In this document: piece by piece, positions 33,270 through 44,515 of the stretch
Layout of the letters: each line of letters begins with the position of its first letter
How positions within the stretch are numbered: position 1 is the first letter of the stretch
From: an uncultured Ruficoccus sp.
GTDB taxonomy: Bacteria; Verrucomicrobiota; Verrucomicrobiia; Opitutales; Cerasicoccaceae
Direction of reading: 5' to 3'
Length of the DNA stretch: 64,000 nt
Assembly (NCBI GenBank): GCA_965140785.1
Contig: OZ223484.1
Span: 95,847 to 159,846, forward strand
Notes under the pieces: generated by a model
Told to the model about the DNA's origin: nothing
What the model saw: the letters and a program-made list of their open reading frames with translations, nothing else
The model's database searches: none
Made by a program: the position numbers and the translations under genes

Positions 33270-33414
33270 CCGACGATTTCCCCATGAGGCATTTTGTTTT
33301 CACCCGCGAAGCCACGCGAAATGACGCGAAGAAAAACGACATTAGTGAACTTCGCGCTGCTTTGCGTGTCTTCGCGGGCAGGTCTTTTATCCGGACAATT
33401 TGACAGGACTCACC

Positions 33415-33774
33415 ATGGACGAAAATTTCCAGCAGCACTATTCCGAGGACCGCTTTTGGGACAAGTTGAACCGCTTCGGTCGCCGGCTCGGACGCGAGGT
33501 GCTGGAGAAGGCGCTCGTGCTCTACTACACCGGTATCGACGAAAAAACGCCGAAATGGGCCAAGACGGTCTTGTTCACCGCGCTTGGGTATCTCATTCTT
33601 CCCCTCGACGCGATTCCCGACCTGACACCGGGCATGGGCTTCGCCGACGACACCGCCGCGCTCCTGGCCGCCGCCGCAAGCGTGGCCAGCTGCATTTCCG
33701 AAAAACACCGCCAGTTGGCGAAACAGAAAATCAAAACCTGGTTCAAAGATTCTGCCGACTCCGATAAAAATTAA
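33415..33774 (+). CDS. YkvA/DUF1232 family protein
   Basis: YSEDRFWDKL, ALGYLILPLDAIPD..PGMGFADD. Confidence 0.88.
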   Translation: MDENFQQHYSEDRFWDKLNRFGRRLGREVLEKALVLYYTGIDEKTPKWAKTVLFTALGYLILPLDAIPDLTPGMGFADDTAALLAAAASVASCISEKHRQLAKQKIKTWFKDSADSDKN

Positions 33775-33803
33775 AAAAAGCTTCCGACTAGCACTCCTGA
33801 CCG

Positions 33804-35996
33804 ATGGCCGACCCGACTCCTCCTCGCAAACGTCCCGCCCGCGCCCGCAAAACTCCCGCCGCCCCCAAGGCCCCCCGCACGCCCAAGGGCAAGCACAAGT
33901 ACCCGTACTTTAACCGGGAGCTGAGCTGGCTGGCCTTTAACCGCCGTGTGCTCGACCTGGCCGCCTCACAGGCGCAGCCGCTGCTGGAGAGGCTGAAGTT
34001 CCTCTCCATCGTCAGCTCGAACCTGGATGAGTTTTTCGAGATCCGCGTGGCCGGTCTCGTCCAGCAGGTCGAGAGCGGCGTGATCGAGGTCGGGCTCGAC
34101 GGCCTGGGGCCGAAGGAGCAACTGCGGCGCATTCACAGCATCACATCCAGCCTCGTGGCCGACCAGTACGCCTGCTGGCACCAGCGGCTCGTGCCCGAGA
34201 TGAAAAAGGAGGGCATCGTCTTCAAGACCCGCGACGAGCTCACGCCGAAGGAAAAGCGCTGGCTCTCGAAGTACTTCGAGCAGGAGGTGTACCCGGTGCT
34301 TACGCCGATGGCGATCGACCCGGCTCATCCCTTCCCGCAACTGGTCAACAAGTCCCTCAACATCCTCGTCAGCCTGAAGGAACCGCGCACACGTCGCCAC
34401 CCGCCGAAGATGGCCATCATCCCGGTGCCGCGCATTCTGCCGCGCGTGGTCCACATTGATCCGGGCGAGAAAGGGCCGCAGACCTACATCTTTCTCAGCG
34501 ACGTGATCAAGCTCTACTACGACCAGCTTTTTCCGGGCTTCAAGGTGCTCGGGGCATGGGCCTTTCGCATCACGCGCAACAGCGACCTGTACATCGACGA
34601 GGAAGAAGTCGAGAACCTGCTCAAGCAGATCGAGGAGGAGCTGCACAAGCTGCGCAAGGGCGACCCGGTCCGCCTGGAAATCGAGGACGAGGTGGACGAC
34701 GTCATGCTCCAGCATCTGACCAAGGCCATCGACCTGCCCTCGGAATTTGTCATGCGCATCGACGGGCCGATCAACCTCCTGCGCCTGATGAGCGTGTACG
34801 GCATGATCGAGCGACCCGACCTGAAGGACACGCCCTTCCAGCCCAACCTGCCGGCCGAGCTGGCCGTCCCCGCCAAGCTTTTCCAGAACATCCGCCAGGA
34901 CGACTTTTTACTGCACCACCCCTACGACTCGTTTAACCCGGTGGTGGACTTCCTGCGCGAGGCCGGGCGGGATCCGCAGGTCTTCGCTATCAAGCAAACC
35001 CTCTACCGCACCAGCGGGGACTCACCCATCATCCAAGCGCTCAAGCAAGCCTCCGAGAATGGCAAGCAGGTCACCGCTCTGGTCGAGCTCAAGGCGCGCT
35101 TCGACGAGGCGAACAATATCCAGTGGGCCCGCGAACTGGAGGAGGTCGGCGTACACGTGGTGTACGGACTGGTCGGCCTGAAGACGCACTGTAAGTGCTG
35201 CCTGGTCGTCCGTCGCGAGGCCGACGGGCTGCGCCGCTACGTCCACCTGGGCACCGGCAACTACAATCCCAAGACCGCCCGCCTCTACACGGACCTGAGC
35301 CTTTTCACCGCCCGCGAGGAGATCACCACCGAGGTGGCCGACCTGTTCAACACGCTGACCGGCTTCTCGCGCTCGCCCAACTTCAAGAACCTGATGGTCG
35401 CGCCCTTCAACCTGCACTCGCGCATGCAGACGCTGATCCAGCGCGAGACCCGCAACGCCAAAGCCGGCAAGCCCGCCCGCATCATTGCCAAGACCAACAG
35501 CCTGATCGAAAAGGAAACCATCGACAACCTCTACGCCGCCTCCCAGGCCGGGGTAAAGGTCGAGCTGATCGTGCGCGGTATCTGTGGGCTGGTACCCGGC
35601 GTCAAAGGCTTGAGCGAAAACATCACCGTGCGCAGCATCCTCGGTCGCTACCTGGAGCACAGCCGCATCTATTACTTTGAAAACGCCGGAGGCGAGTCGG
35701 ACATCTACCTGGGCAGCGCGGACTGGATGCCCCGGAACTTTTTCCGCCGCATCGAGTGCGTCTTTCCGGTGGTGGACACCGACCTCAAGCGGGAGATCAC
35801 CGAGAACATTCTCCCGGCCTTTCTCAAGGACAGCACCGCCACCCTCCTCCAGCCCAACGGCGCCTACCGCCCTGCACCCGGAGCCAAGAGCGAGACGATC
35901 TTCTCCGCCCAGAGTGCCTTCATGGACGAGGCCGACGCGCAGCGCCGCCGCAATGAAACGACCCTGCGCGAGAACGACCAGAACCAACGGGACTAA
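33804..35996 (+). CDS. ppk1: Polyphosphate kinase 1
   Basis: [49 protein letters not shown]. Confidence 0.98.
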   Translation: MADPTPPRKRPARARKTPAAPKAPRTPKGKHKYPYFNRELSWLAFNRRVLDLAASQAQPLLERLKFLSIVSSNLDEFFEIRVAGLVQQVESGVIEVGLDGLGPKEQLRRIHSITSSLVADQYACWHQRLVPEMKKEGIVFKTRDELTPKEKRWLSKYFEQEVYPVLTPMAIDPAHPFPQLVNKSLNILVSLKEPRTRRHPPKMAIIPVPRILPRVVHIDPGEKGPQTYIFLSDVIKLYYDQLFPGFKVLGAWAFRITRNSDLYIDEEEVENLLKQIEEELHKLRKGDPVRLEIEDEVDDVMLQHLTKAIDLPSEFVMRIDGPINLLRLMSVYGMIERPDLKDTPFQPNLPAELAVPAKLFQNIRQDDFLLHHPYDSFNPVVDFLREAGRDPQVFAIKQTLYRTSGDSPIIQALKQASENGKQVTALVELKARFDEANNIQWARELEEVGVHVVYGLVGLKTHCKCCLVVRREADGLRRYVHLGTGNYNPKTARLYTDLSLFTAREEITTEVADLFNTLTGFSRSPNFKNLMVAPFNLHSRMQTLIQRETRNAKAGKPARIIAKTNSLIEKETIDNLYAASQAGVKVELIVRGICGLVPGVKGLSENITVRSILGRYLEHSRIYYFENAGGESDIYLGSADWMPRNFFRRIECVFPVVDTDLKREITENILPAFLKDSTATLLQPNGAYRPAPGAKSETIFSAQSAFMDEADAQRRRNETTLRENDQNQRD

Positions 35997-36742
35997 TCCC
36001 CGCGCTTGGAGTCGGGCAGCTCGAAAAAGAAGCTCAGGATCCCGGCGTTGACATCGGCTTCGAGCACGCGGGTAACGGATATCACGGTGTCGTCGTAACT
36101 GTTCTCGATCTGGAAAGGGATGGTGAAGCCCTCCACGACGCGGAAGTCGCTGAAGCTCGTGACCAGCGGCAGTACGTCCTCGTTCGGGCGAAAAAAGCGC
36201 CGTACCTCCAAATAGGAATCGCTATCGAGGAACACGTCCATCAGCCCTCCCCCTTGCCCACCGTGCAGTTGGATATGATAAACGGGATTGGCATAGTCGG
36301 GCAGCCGAACAGCCCCCTTGTACTCCATATTGAATCCCCGCGCGGATGCGCTCAAAAGCGGCCCCTCGAAGAACGCCTCCTGCTTCAGAAGCAGATCCTG
36401 GGTCCCGCTGGCCACCTCGGCCGGACGATCCGGCTCATCGGGAGACCAGAAATAGCCGTTTTTGCCGTCGTAGATGATCACAAAGTTACGATCCTTATAG
36501 GCGATTTCGTAGCGGAGGGAATCGGGCGATTTTTTGAACAGCGTAAACGTATAGGTCTTTCCCTGCTGGGTGGTTTCGCCCTTGAGCCGAAGCGTATCGG
36601 CACCGTACAGCTTGGTAATGTCCGCCTGCGCGCGCCGGTGCTTGCGCAGGATGGATGTGAGGCTGGGGTCTTCCGCGCTGGAGAGCAGGGGGTACAGGAG
36701 CAGCACGGATAAAAATAACAGGGGGGTAATTCGGGTAGGCAT
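35993..36742 (-). CDS. Hypothetical secreted protein (possibly LolA-like fold)
   Basis: Signal peptide; [12 protein letters not shown]-terminal pattern. Confidence 0.65.
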   Translation of the reverse strand: MPTRITPLLFLSVLLLYPLLSSAEDPSLTSILRKHRRAQADITKLYGADTLRLKGETTQQGKTYTFTLFKKSPDSLRYEIAYKDRNFVIIYDGKNGYFWSPDEPDRPAEVASGTQDLLLKQEAFFEGPLLSASARGFNMEYKGAVRLPDYANPVYHIQLHGGQGGGLMDVFLDSDSYLEVRRFFRPNEDVLPLVTSFSDFRVVEGFTIPFQIENSYDDTVISVTRVLEADVNAGILSFFFELPDSKRGD

Positions 36743-36846
36743 GAACAGACCGGTAATCGTAACCGCCTGGCAGCTGGCCGCCAAGCGTGTTTTCATACCC
36801 GTCACATAAATTTAGGCTTCTCTCCCCCACTATCCCGGCCTAGTTT

Positions 36847-37854
36847 ATGCTGTCGATGGTCCCCATGCGTCACTTTCGGTCTGCCGTGCTCATGCCCCTG
36901 GTGGCTGCTTTGCTCGTTTTTCTGGCAAGCGCCGGATCGGCTTCGGCTTTCCGCAATCTGTCCCGTGAGAGCTTGGATCCGCTTCCGAGCTGGAAGAACA
37001 ACGCGACCAAGACCTTGATTTTAACCTTTCTCAAGAACGCAGACAATCCGACTAACCCGGGCTACATTCCGAAGGCGGACCGCATCGCAGCCCTCGACCT
37101 GGACGGCACCCTGATGGTCGAGAAACCGCAGTTCGCCCAACTCCAACTCGCCCTCAAGCGCCTGCGCGAACAGGCTCAGGAGGACCCTTCGCTCAAAGAA
37201 AAACAGCCGTGGAAGGCCGCGTTGGAGGACGATGAAACCTATATCCGCGAAAATACTTCGGAGATCCTGCTCAAGGCGGTCGAAGGGCTGAGCCTCAACG
37301 ATTACCGCACCGCCAGCGAACAGTTCCTGCGCAGCGAACGTCATCCACGCTTCGGCGTTCCTTACCAGGACACGCTCTACAAGCCGATGCTGGAGCTGAT
37401 CGATGCGCTGCGCGAACGCGGGTTCATGATTTATCTGGTCTCGGGGACGCAAACGGAGTTCATGCGCGCGCTCCAGGCGCAGAAACTGCACAGTATTTAT
37501 CCGCACGAGATTATCGGCAGCCGCGTGGCGGTCGAATTCGAGAGCGAGGGCCCGCTGTTCATCCAGGGCACGTACTTCCGCGAGCCGGACAACTGGCTCA
37601 CCGGCAAGGCGGAGAACATCCGCGAACACCTGGGCAAGGGTCCGGTCTTCGTCGTCGGCAACTCCATGGCCGACTATGAGATGCTGACCTACGCCGACCA
37701 CAATCCCTATAAGAGCCTTTGCCTCATCATCAATCACGACGATGAGTCCCGCGAGTATGCCTATGCCGACGACGAACTCCTCGCCATGGCCAAGAAGCGC
37801 GGGTGGAAGGTCGTCAGCATCAAAGACGACTGGACGAGCATCCTCGGGGAATAA
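36847..37854 (+). CDS. Secreted HAD family hydrolase
   Basis: LPSW, DLDGTL, VSG, GNS..D motifs; signal peptide; exact start uncertain. Confidence 0.88.
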   Translation: MLSMVPMRHFRSAVLMPLVAALLVFLASAGSASAFRNLSRESLDPLPSWKNNATKTLILTFLKNADNPTNPGYIPKADRIAALDLDGTLMVEKPQFAQLQLALKRLREQAQEDPSLKEKQPWKAALEDDETYIRENTSEILLKAVEGLSLNDYRTASEQFLRSERHPRFGVPYQDTLYKPMLELIDALRERGFMIYLVSGTQTEFMRALQAQKLHSIYPHEIIGSRVAVEFESEGPLFIQGTYFREPDNWLTGKAENIREHLGKGPVFVVGNSMADYEMLTYADHNPYKSLCLIINHDDESREYAYADDELLAMAKKRGWKVVSIKDDWTSILGE

Positions 37855-37912
37855 GCAGAAAAAAAACGCGTCCGTTCCTTTACTCCGGGGCACTCGGCGG
37901 ATAAGTTTGCGC

Positions 37913-38527
37913 ATGAGCACTGTTAATCCTGAGCGCGTTGCCCACACCGATCACCCCGTCCTGGATGTCATCCAGGAGCGTTACAGCCCCTATGTCTTCA
38001 GCGGAGACCCGGTGGAAAAGGACAAGCTGATGGCCTGCCTGGAAGCCGCCCGCTGGGCCGCTTCCAGCTTCAACGAGCAACCTTGGCGCTACATCATCGC
38101 CGATCGTGGCGACAGCGAAACGTGGAAAAAAGCTCTCTCCTGCCTCGTTGAAGCCAATCAGGCCTGGGCGAAAAACGCCGGCGTCCTCATCCTGGCCTGT
38201 ACGAAGAAAACTTTTAGCCAGAACGGCAATCCCAACCCGGTTCACCAGCACGACCTGGGCATGGCCGGATGCAGCCTCACCCTTCAGGCCCAGGCGCTCG
38301 GCCTGCACGTCCACATGATGGCGGGCATCGACGCCGAGGCGATCCGCAAGCGCTACGAGGTCCCGAGCGACTATGAGCCGCAGACCGCCATCGCTATCGG
38401 CTACGCGGACAAGCCAGAAAACGGCGACCCCGAGCTGGCCGAACGCGACCAGGGCGCCCGCCAGCGCAAGCCCATGGAGGAATGGGTCTTCGGCGTCACC
38501 TGGGGGCAGAGCTCAGCTCTGCTGTAG
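37913..38527 (+). CDS. Nitroreductase family protein
   Basis: RYSPYVF, AARWAASSFNEQPWR, HDLG, HMMAG. Confidence 0.92.
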   Translation: MSTVNPERVAHTDHPVLDVIQERYSPYVFSGDPVEKDKLMACLEAARWAASSFNEQPWRYIIADRGDSETWKKALSCLVEANQAWAKNAGVLILACTKKTFSQNGNPNPVHQHDLGMAGCSLTLQAQALGLHVHMMAGIDAEAIRKRYEVPSDYEPQTAIAIGYADKPENGDPELAERDQGARQRKPMEEWVFGVTWGQSSALL

Positions 38528-38649
38528 CCGTCGCCACACCGGAAGAGCGCCTTACGCCTGGCCAACTATTCCCTCCCGCTTCCGACAGGACGCGGGAAGG
38601 GTTATAGGTCCGGGCAGAACATTTTAAGGGTTTACGCGGTCGGGCATAG

Positions 38650-40209
38650 ATGCAAATAACTAATTCTATGTCTTGCTTAAAATCCCGACTACTTATCCTG
38701 CTAACGCTTGCCTCCGCCGCGCTCACCGCGCAGGCGGATGTCACTGTGCCCGCGCTATTCGGCGACCACATGGTCTTCCAACGGGAACAGTCCAACCCGG
38801 TCTGGGGGAAGGCCAGCCCCGGTGAAGCCGTCACCGTCTCGGTCGACTCTCAGTCGAAAACCGCCACTGCCGACGATCAGGGCAACTGGAAGGTCGAGCT
38901 GGACCCGCTGCCCGTCGGCGGCCCCTACACGCTCACGATCAAGGGCAACAACACCCTGACCTTTACCGACGTGCTCAGCGGCGAGGTCTGGATCTGCTCC
39001 GGCCAGTCCAATATGGGTTGGCCGGTCAAAAGGGAGAACTTCGGTCAACTGGAAATGGCGTCGGCCAACTATCCACAGATCCGGCTCATCTCCGTGCCGG
39101 CTAAGGGCACGCAGGAGCCGCAGTTCACCTTTAAGGGACAGTGGGAAGTCTGCTCGCCCGAAACCGTGGGCAACTTCTCGGCCGTCGGCTACCTCTTCGG
39201 CAAGCGCCTCTACAATACCCTGGATGTGCCGATCGGCCTGATCGACAATGCCTGGGGCGGCTCCTCCGTGGAGGCTTGGCTTCCCCGGGAAAAGTTCGAT
39301 GTGGACGAGTATCATGCCAAGCTCCTCAAGGACTGGGACACCCGCATGGCCAGCTACACCGACGAAACCTTTAAGCAGGAAATCGCCGACTGGGAAGCCA
39401 AGACAGCCGAGTGGAAAGCCAACGGCTCCAAGGGCCGTGCCCCCCGCAAACCCCGTGATCCGCGCATCGAGCGCCACCGCCCGGCCAATATCTACAATGG
39501 CGAACTCGTCTCCACCATCGGCTACGGCATCCGCGGCGTCATCTGGTATCAGGGCGAATCCAACGCCGGACGCGCCTACTACTATGGCACCTCCTTTCCC
39601 CTCATGATCGAGACCTGGCGCGAAGAGTGGGACCAGGGAGACTTCCCCTTCTACTGGGTCCAGCTGGCCGACTTCCAGGCCGAGAAGGACGAGCCCGGCG
39701 ACAGCTCCTGGGCCGAACTGCGCGAAGCCCAGAGCAAGGCGCTCGCACTGCCCAACACCGGCCAGGCCGTCATCATCGACGTGGGCGAAGGCCGCGACAT
39801 CCACCCGCGCAACAAGCAGGTCGTGGCCAACCGCCTGGCCCTGCTCGCCCTCGCCAACGACTACGGCTATGATTTCGCCGCTCAGAGCCCGACCTATGAG
39901 TCGATGGACGTCGAAGACGGCAAGGTCACGCTCACCTTCGATAACATCGACCAGGGTCTCTACACCTTCGATGTGGACGAGCCTATCGGCTTCAGTATCG
40001 CCGGCGAGGACCAGAAGTTCGTCTGGGCCAAGGCCAAGGTCACCGGCAAGAACACCATCGAGGTCTGGAGCGACGAAGTCTCCGACCCCGTCGCCGTGCG
40101 CTACGCCTGGGCCACCAACCCCGTAGCCAACGTCCAGGACCGCAATGGGCTGCCGCTGACTCCCTTCCGCACCGACGACTGGAAGCTCTCTACCCAAAAG
40201 GACGACTAA
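38650..40209 (+). CDS. Sialate O-acetylesterase family (SGNH) protein
   Basis: GEVWICSGQSNM, WYQGESN, DIHPRNK, VRYAW. Confidence 0.92.
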   Translation: MQITNSMSCLKSRLLILLTLASAALTAQADVTVPALFGDHMVFQREQSNPVWGKASPGEAVTVSVDSQSKTATADDQGNWKVELDPLPVGGPYTLTIKGNNTLTFTDVLSGEVWICSGQSNMGWPVKRENFGQLEMASANYPQIRLISVPAKGTQEPQFTFKGQWEVCSPETVGNFSAVGYLFGKRLYNTLDVPIGLIDNAWGGSSVEAWLPREKFDVDEYHAKLLKDWDTRMASYTDETFKQEIADWEAKTAEWKANGSKGRAPRKPRDPRIERHRPANIYNGELVSTIGYGIRGVIWYQGESNAGRAYYYGTSFPLMIETWREEWDQGDFPFYWVQLADFQAEKDEPGDSSWAELREAQSKALALPNTGQAVIIDVGEGRDIHPRNKQVVANRLALLALANDYGYDFAAQSPTYESMDVEDGKVTLTFDNIDQGLYTFDVDEPIGFSIAGEDQKFVWAKAKVTGKNTIEVWSDEVSDPVAVRYAWATNPVANVQDRNGLPLTPFRTDDWKLSTQKDD

Positions 40210-40236
40210 GCGAAGCTTTCCTCACATTTTTTGACC

Positions 40237-40267
40237 AAGGCCGGGCTACGATGCCCGGCCTTTTTTT
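40237..40267 (+). terminator. Intrinsic terminator
   Basis: AAGGCCGGGC-tacgat-GCCCGGCC-TTTTTTT. Confidence 0.85.
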
Positions 40268-40326
40268 GGCTCCAATCACCTCATATGGTGATATACTAAG
40301 CTTAGCAACAGTCAGAAATCCATACG

Positions 40327-40659
40327 ATGTTTGCCCTGCTCTTCAGCTTCTCTCTTCTGCTTTCACTGGCACTCTCAGTTGTCAGTTGTTTCCGGTCCTG
40401 CAGCAGACGTGGAGCCTGGCGTGGTCCGCTCGTATTGCTACTCGGCTTGCATGTTGGCGCGTTTTTCATCGGATTATTAGCTGTCACACGTTTCCCGATC
40501 TGGGCTGGCCCCGTGGATTTGTACGGCTACACGCCGGATCAAAGCTTTCTCGTGTCTCTCCAGTATGCGGGGATGGTGTTGCTGGGGCTATTCCCTTGCT
40601 GGCTCTGCTACGTGGCCTGGGTACGTTCCTTGCGCCATTACCAAGGCTTGAATGCCTGA
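40327..40659 (+). CDS. Hypothetical membrane protein
   Basis: 110 aa with three hydrophobic segments; lower GC. Confidence 0.5.
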   Translation: MFALLFSFSLLLSLALSVVSCFRSCSRRGAWRGPLVLLLGLHVGAFFIGLLAVTRFPIWAGPVDLYGYTPDQSFLVSLQYAGMVLLGLFPCWLCYVAWVRSLRHYQGLNA

Positions 40660-40685
40660 CTCTAAGGGTACCTCTGATTAGCCTG

Positions 40686-41411
40686 CTAACCTGCAGCGTC
40701 CATCACGCTGAGGGCGTAGAGGGCGGCGGTCTCGGCGCGCAGGACGTGGCGGGCGAGCGAAACGGGCCGGTAGCCGGCCTCGCGCAGGAGGGCGTACTCG
40801 TCCGGTGAAAAATCCCCCTCCGGGCCGATGGCGATTTCCCACGGGCTGGAAACACCATCCCGGTCCAGGGCCTGGGCCAGCGGCACAGTCCCCTGCTCCA
40901 GCGAGGCGACGAGGCGCTGCCCGGCCGGGAGCTTGACCGCCTCCGCAAGCGGCAACGGGTCAGTAATTTGCGGAAGTCGCAAGTTGCCGGACTGCTTGCA
41001 GGCCTCCACCGCCACCGCGTGCCAGTGTTCGAGCTTGGAAGCGGCGCGGGAGCCGTCGAGTTTGACCTCGCAGTGGGCCGTGGACACGGGGCGGATGGCT
41101 GCAACCCCGATCTGGGTGGCCTGCCGGATGATGTCGTCGAAAGCCTTGCCCTTGACCAGTGCCATGGTCAGCACCAGCGGGCATTCGGGGGCGGCAACCG
41201 GCTCGCGGTCATGGACTTGCGCCACCGCCCGACGAGACTCGACGCGCTCCAGTGTGGCCTGCCAAGCCTGTCCCTCCCCATCGAAGAGCGTCACGGCGTC
41301 GCCCACCCGCGCCCGCAAGACCCGCACGAGGTGGTGGGCCTCGGCGGCGGGCAGCTCGACCGACCCCTTGTCCGGGGCACCGTCCGGCAGATAGACGCGA
41401 AATCCGCTCAT
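40686..41411 (-). CDS. rsmE: 16S rRNA m3U1498 methyltransferase RsmE
   Basis: HHLVRVLR, EACKQSG, IGPEGDF, VLRAETA. Confidence 0.92.
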   Translation of the reverse strand: MSGFRVYLPDGAPDKGSVELPAAEAHHLVRVLRARVGDAVTLFDGEGQAWQATLERVESRRAVAQVHDREPVAAPECPLVLTMALVKGKAFDDIIRQATQIGVAAIRPVSTAHCEVKLDGSRAASKLEHWHAVAVEACKQSGNLRLPQITDPLPLAEAVKLPAGQRLVASLEQGTVPLAQALDRDGVSSPWEIAIGPEGDFSPDEYALLREAGYRPVSLARHVLRAETAALYALSVMDAAG

Positions 41412-41665
41412 GCCCCCCAGAAAAACCGCCCCGAAGCCGCTTGGCAAACCTGCTTGCGCCGTATCGGGGCGAAATTCGGGCAAAAAGAAACACCGCCCAG
41501 CCGGACGGTGCCTCTTTAACCTAAATGCAAACTACAAACTAGACTGAAACTATACGCTGCAACTTCAAATCTTGAGGGGTTGCATTAATTAAGACGGGGC
41601 TAAACCGGATTTCGTTCAAAAAAAAGGGACTTTTTTCTAACAAATCCGTAAATCGCTGACATTCA

Positions 41666-42643
41666 TCAAAATATACCATTGGAAAGCGCACCGGCGGCGG
41701 AGCCGACGCTGCCCCCGCTGAATTGTTCGACGGCGTCGTCCACGTCCTTGAGCGTATCCTGGGTCTGCATATAGAGCTCGTCGCTCCCGAGGATACGGCC
41801 CAGGGTGTTATTCGGGTCGTTGAGTTTGATGGTGAAGGACTCGATGTTGTCAAAGGAGGTGCGGACCTTGGCCCCGAGGGTGTCGTCATAGATCATGGCG
41901 CCCATGGCGGTGTCGGTGGACTGAAGCTGCTGGAGGAAGGAATTGGCCTGCTCGGCGGCGGCGGTGAGGTTATCGGTGGCGACCAGGAGGCGGTCGTAGG
42001 CCTCGCCGTCCTGGATGAGCTTGCCCAGCGTCCCCTCGGAGCGGGTCAGGTCGGTGCTGAGCTTTTCCAGGTTGGCGATGGTGGTGTTCAGCCGCTCGCG
42101 GTTGTCCGAGAGCAAGTGGTTGAGGTTGACGAAAAGCGAGTCCTGCCCCTCCTCGCCGGAGAAAACGCTCAGCGACTCGCTCAACTGGCTGAAAGCCTGG
42201 TCCATCTGCTCGCCCATCTGGCCCATTTCGGAAATGACCTGGGCGAAGCCCGGCGTCTCATAGGTGGCGATATCGCTGTCCTGTGCGAGCATTTCGGAGG
42301 CGTCCCCGTAGGTGATGCTGACGTAGTTGGTGCCGATGATGCCCGTGGTCAGGATGGTGGCCACGGAGTTGGCGGGGACGGGGAACTTCTTGCGCACGGC
42401 GAGGACGGCGACGGCCTTGCCATCGATCAGGTCGGTCTCGATCACGCTGCCCACGCGGACACCGGACATGCGAACCTCGTCGGAGACCTTGAGCTCGCGC
42501 AGGTCGTCGAAGACCGCTGTGATACGGTAGCCGTCGTCGCTGCGTACCTTGGGATCGGAGAGGGTGGCGTACATCAGCCAAAGCAGGGCGAGGCCGAAGA
42601 GGAAAAAGAGCCCGACACGGATGGATTGCGAAGTTTGGTTCAT
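41666..42643 (-). CDS. mlaD: MlaD/MCE family protein
   Basis: N-terminal TM, VRMSGVRVGSV MCE motif, helical C-terminus. Confidence 0.88.
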   Translation of the reverse strand: MNQTSQSIRVGLFFLFGLALLWLMYATLSDPKVRSDDGYRITAVFDDLRELKVSDEVRMSGVRVGSVIETDLIDGKAVAVLAVRKKFPVPANSVATILTTGIIGTNYVSITYGDASEMLAQDSDIATYETPGFAQVISEMGQMGEQMDQAFSQLSESLSVFSGEEGQDSLFVNLNHLLSDNRERLNTTIANLEKLSTDLTRSEGTLGKLIQDGEAYDRLLVATDNLTAAAEQANSFLQQLQSTDTAMGAMIYDDTLGAKVRTSFDNIESFTIKLNDPNNTLGRILGSDELYMQTQDTLKDVDDAVEQFSGGSVGSAAGALSNGIF

Positions 42644-42677
42644 GGCTGGATATTGAAGGGTTGAAGATGGCCGCCGC

Positions 42678-43493
42678 TCACAGGGGCGAGCGCGGGCTGC
42701 CAGCGGCTTGGCGGAAGCGCGGTTGCAGGCAGTCGATGGTGGGTTGGAGAAATTCCTTCACAACGGGGTTCTGCGAGGCGCACAAGCCCTTGGGCGTGTC
42801 GATGGTGACGACCCGCCCGCTCTCCATCAGCGCGACACGCTCGCCGATGCTCATGGCCAGTTCCCGGTCGTGGGAAACGACGATACTGGTCACGTCAAAC
42901 TCCTCTTTGAGCGTGCCGATGACCTCCGAAATGTTGGCCGCCGAGATCGGGTCCAGCTCGGAGGTGGGCTCATCGTAGAGCAGCAGCCGGGGCTCGATCA
43001 GCAGGGAGCGGGCAATGGCGACGCGCTTGCGCATGCCGCCGGAGAGCTCCGCCGGGTACTTGTCCGCACAACCCTCCAGGTGGAGGATTTGCAGCGTGTA
43101 GTGGACCTTGTCGTGGAGGGTCTTCTTGTCGTAGAGCCGGTGCTCGCGGGGGTAAAAGGCGAGGTTGTCGTAAACGGTGAGCGAGTTGAACAGGCCTCCG
43201 GCCTGGAAGACGATGGCAGTGTGCATGCGCACGTGCGTCTGCTGCCGGAAGGCCGACTCGCCATTGATCAGGATCTCTCCGGAGTCCACCCCTTCAAGAT
43301 TGACGATGGCGCGCATCAGGGTGCTTTTGCCCGCGCCGCTGGGCCCCATGAGGACAAAGATTTCGCCCGGCTCGATGGTGAAGTGCACATCGTCGAGGAC
43401 CACCTGCTGGTCAAAGCGTTTGTTCACGTGCTGGATGTCCACGCCGACCGCGCGGCGGGCATCGGTCATGATTGGCTGGAGTTTCTTGGACAT
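42678..43493 (-). CDS. mlaF: MlaF-like ABC transporter ATP-binding protein
   Basis: GPSGAGKST, ELSGGMRKRVAIAR, YDEPTSELDP. Confidence 0.9.
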   Translation of the reverse strand: MSKKLQPIMTDARRAVGVDIQHVNKRFDQQVVLDDVHFTIEPGEIFVLMGPSGAGKSTLMRAIVNLEGVDSGEILINGESAFRQQTHVRMHTAIVFQAGGLFNSLTVYDNLAFYPREHRLYDKKTLHDKVHYTLQILHLEGCADKYPAELSGGMRKRVAIARSLLIEPRLLLYDEPTSELDPISAANISEVIGTLKEEFDVTSIVVSHDRELAMSIGERVALMESGRVVTIDTPKGLCASQNPVVKEFLQPTIDCLQPRFRQAAGSPRSPL

Positions 43494-43579
43494 GGATTAC
43501 GTGCTTGGTGCTTTGTTCTTAGTGCTTGGTGCTCATCCCAACAGTCAACAATTAACAATTTAACAATCAGCCATTCTCC

Positions 43580-44338
43580 TTACATCAGCAGCAGCGTTAA
43601 CACAAAATCGAGAAAGAGGATGATGACCATCGAGGCCACCACCGCCGAGGTCACGGACATCCCGATCTCGCGCGGACCGCCACGGGTCAGCAGGCCGCGG
43701 GTGCAGGCGACCAGGATGACGGCCAGGCCGAAAACCATGCCCTTGATCTGCCCGTCGATGATGTCCTGAAAGCTGACCACGTCCTTCAGGTTCGTCCAGT
43801 ACATCTCCATGCTCAGGTTGATGAACGGAACCTTGGTCGCGGCGAGCGCCCCGCCGTACCAGCCGACGAAAATCCCCATCGTCACCATGATCGGCATCAT
43901 CAGCACGATCGCCACCAGGCGCGGCATGACCAGCAGGCGCTCCGGCGGCACGTTCATGGTCTTGAGCGCGTCCACCTCGTGGTACACCTTCATCGAGGCG
44001 ATCTCCGCCGTGGTGGAGGAGCCCACGCGCCCGGCCAGCAGCAGGGCCGTGATCAGCGGTGCCAGCTCCCGGGACATACCCTGCCCCGAGATGGAGCCCT
44101 GGTACACGTTCATGCCCGGAATGTCCTGCAGGCTGTAGCCGGTCTGCAGGGCCAGGACCGCGCCGAGAAAGAACGTCATGATCAGCACCATCGGCATCGT
44201 TCGGTAGCCGATGTGAAAGCAGTGGTAAATCACCCGGTCGAACTGCCGGGGCACCGTCGGCAGGTAGTACACCGACCGGAAGAACATCAGCAGGCATTCG
44301 CCGATAAAGCCCAGAAATTCATGAATCGCCTGCTTCAT
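43580..44338 (-). CDS. mlaE: MlaE family ABC permease
   Basis: RELAPLITALLLAGRVGS..AEIASMKV..EVDAL. Confidence 0.92.
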   Translation of the reverse strand: MKQAIHEFLGFIGECLLMFFRSVYYLPTVPRQFDRVIYHCFHIGYRTMPMVLIMTFFLGAVLALQTGYSLQDIPGMNVYQGSISGQGMSRELAPLITALLLAGRVGSSTTAEIASMKVYHEVDALKTMNVPPERLLVMPRLVAIVLMMPIMVTMGIFVGWYGGALAATKVPFINLSMEMYWTNLKDVVSFQDIIDGQIKGMVFGLAVILVACTRGLLTRGGPREIGMSVTSAVVASMVIILFLDFVLTLLLM

Positions 44339-44515
44339 AAGCTAACAGGAGCGAGGGCCGGGGCCGTGTCGGGTACGGGTGTCATGGGTGAGAGAGGACG
44401 CCGCGAGAGCGAAATACGATAGCCCCAGCATGAGGCAGGAAGCCGGACTGAGGCAAGCGAATCATCCCGACGATTTTTTCGGCACAAATAACCGCTCATT
44501 AACGAAAAATCCGGA

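Noticed and set aside
33788..33812. CIRCE element (TAGCACTC) before ppk1
   Set aside because: Only one half-site is present; no CIRCE is visible upstream of htpG either.
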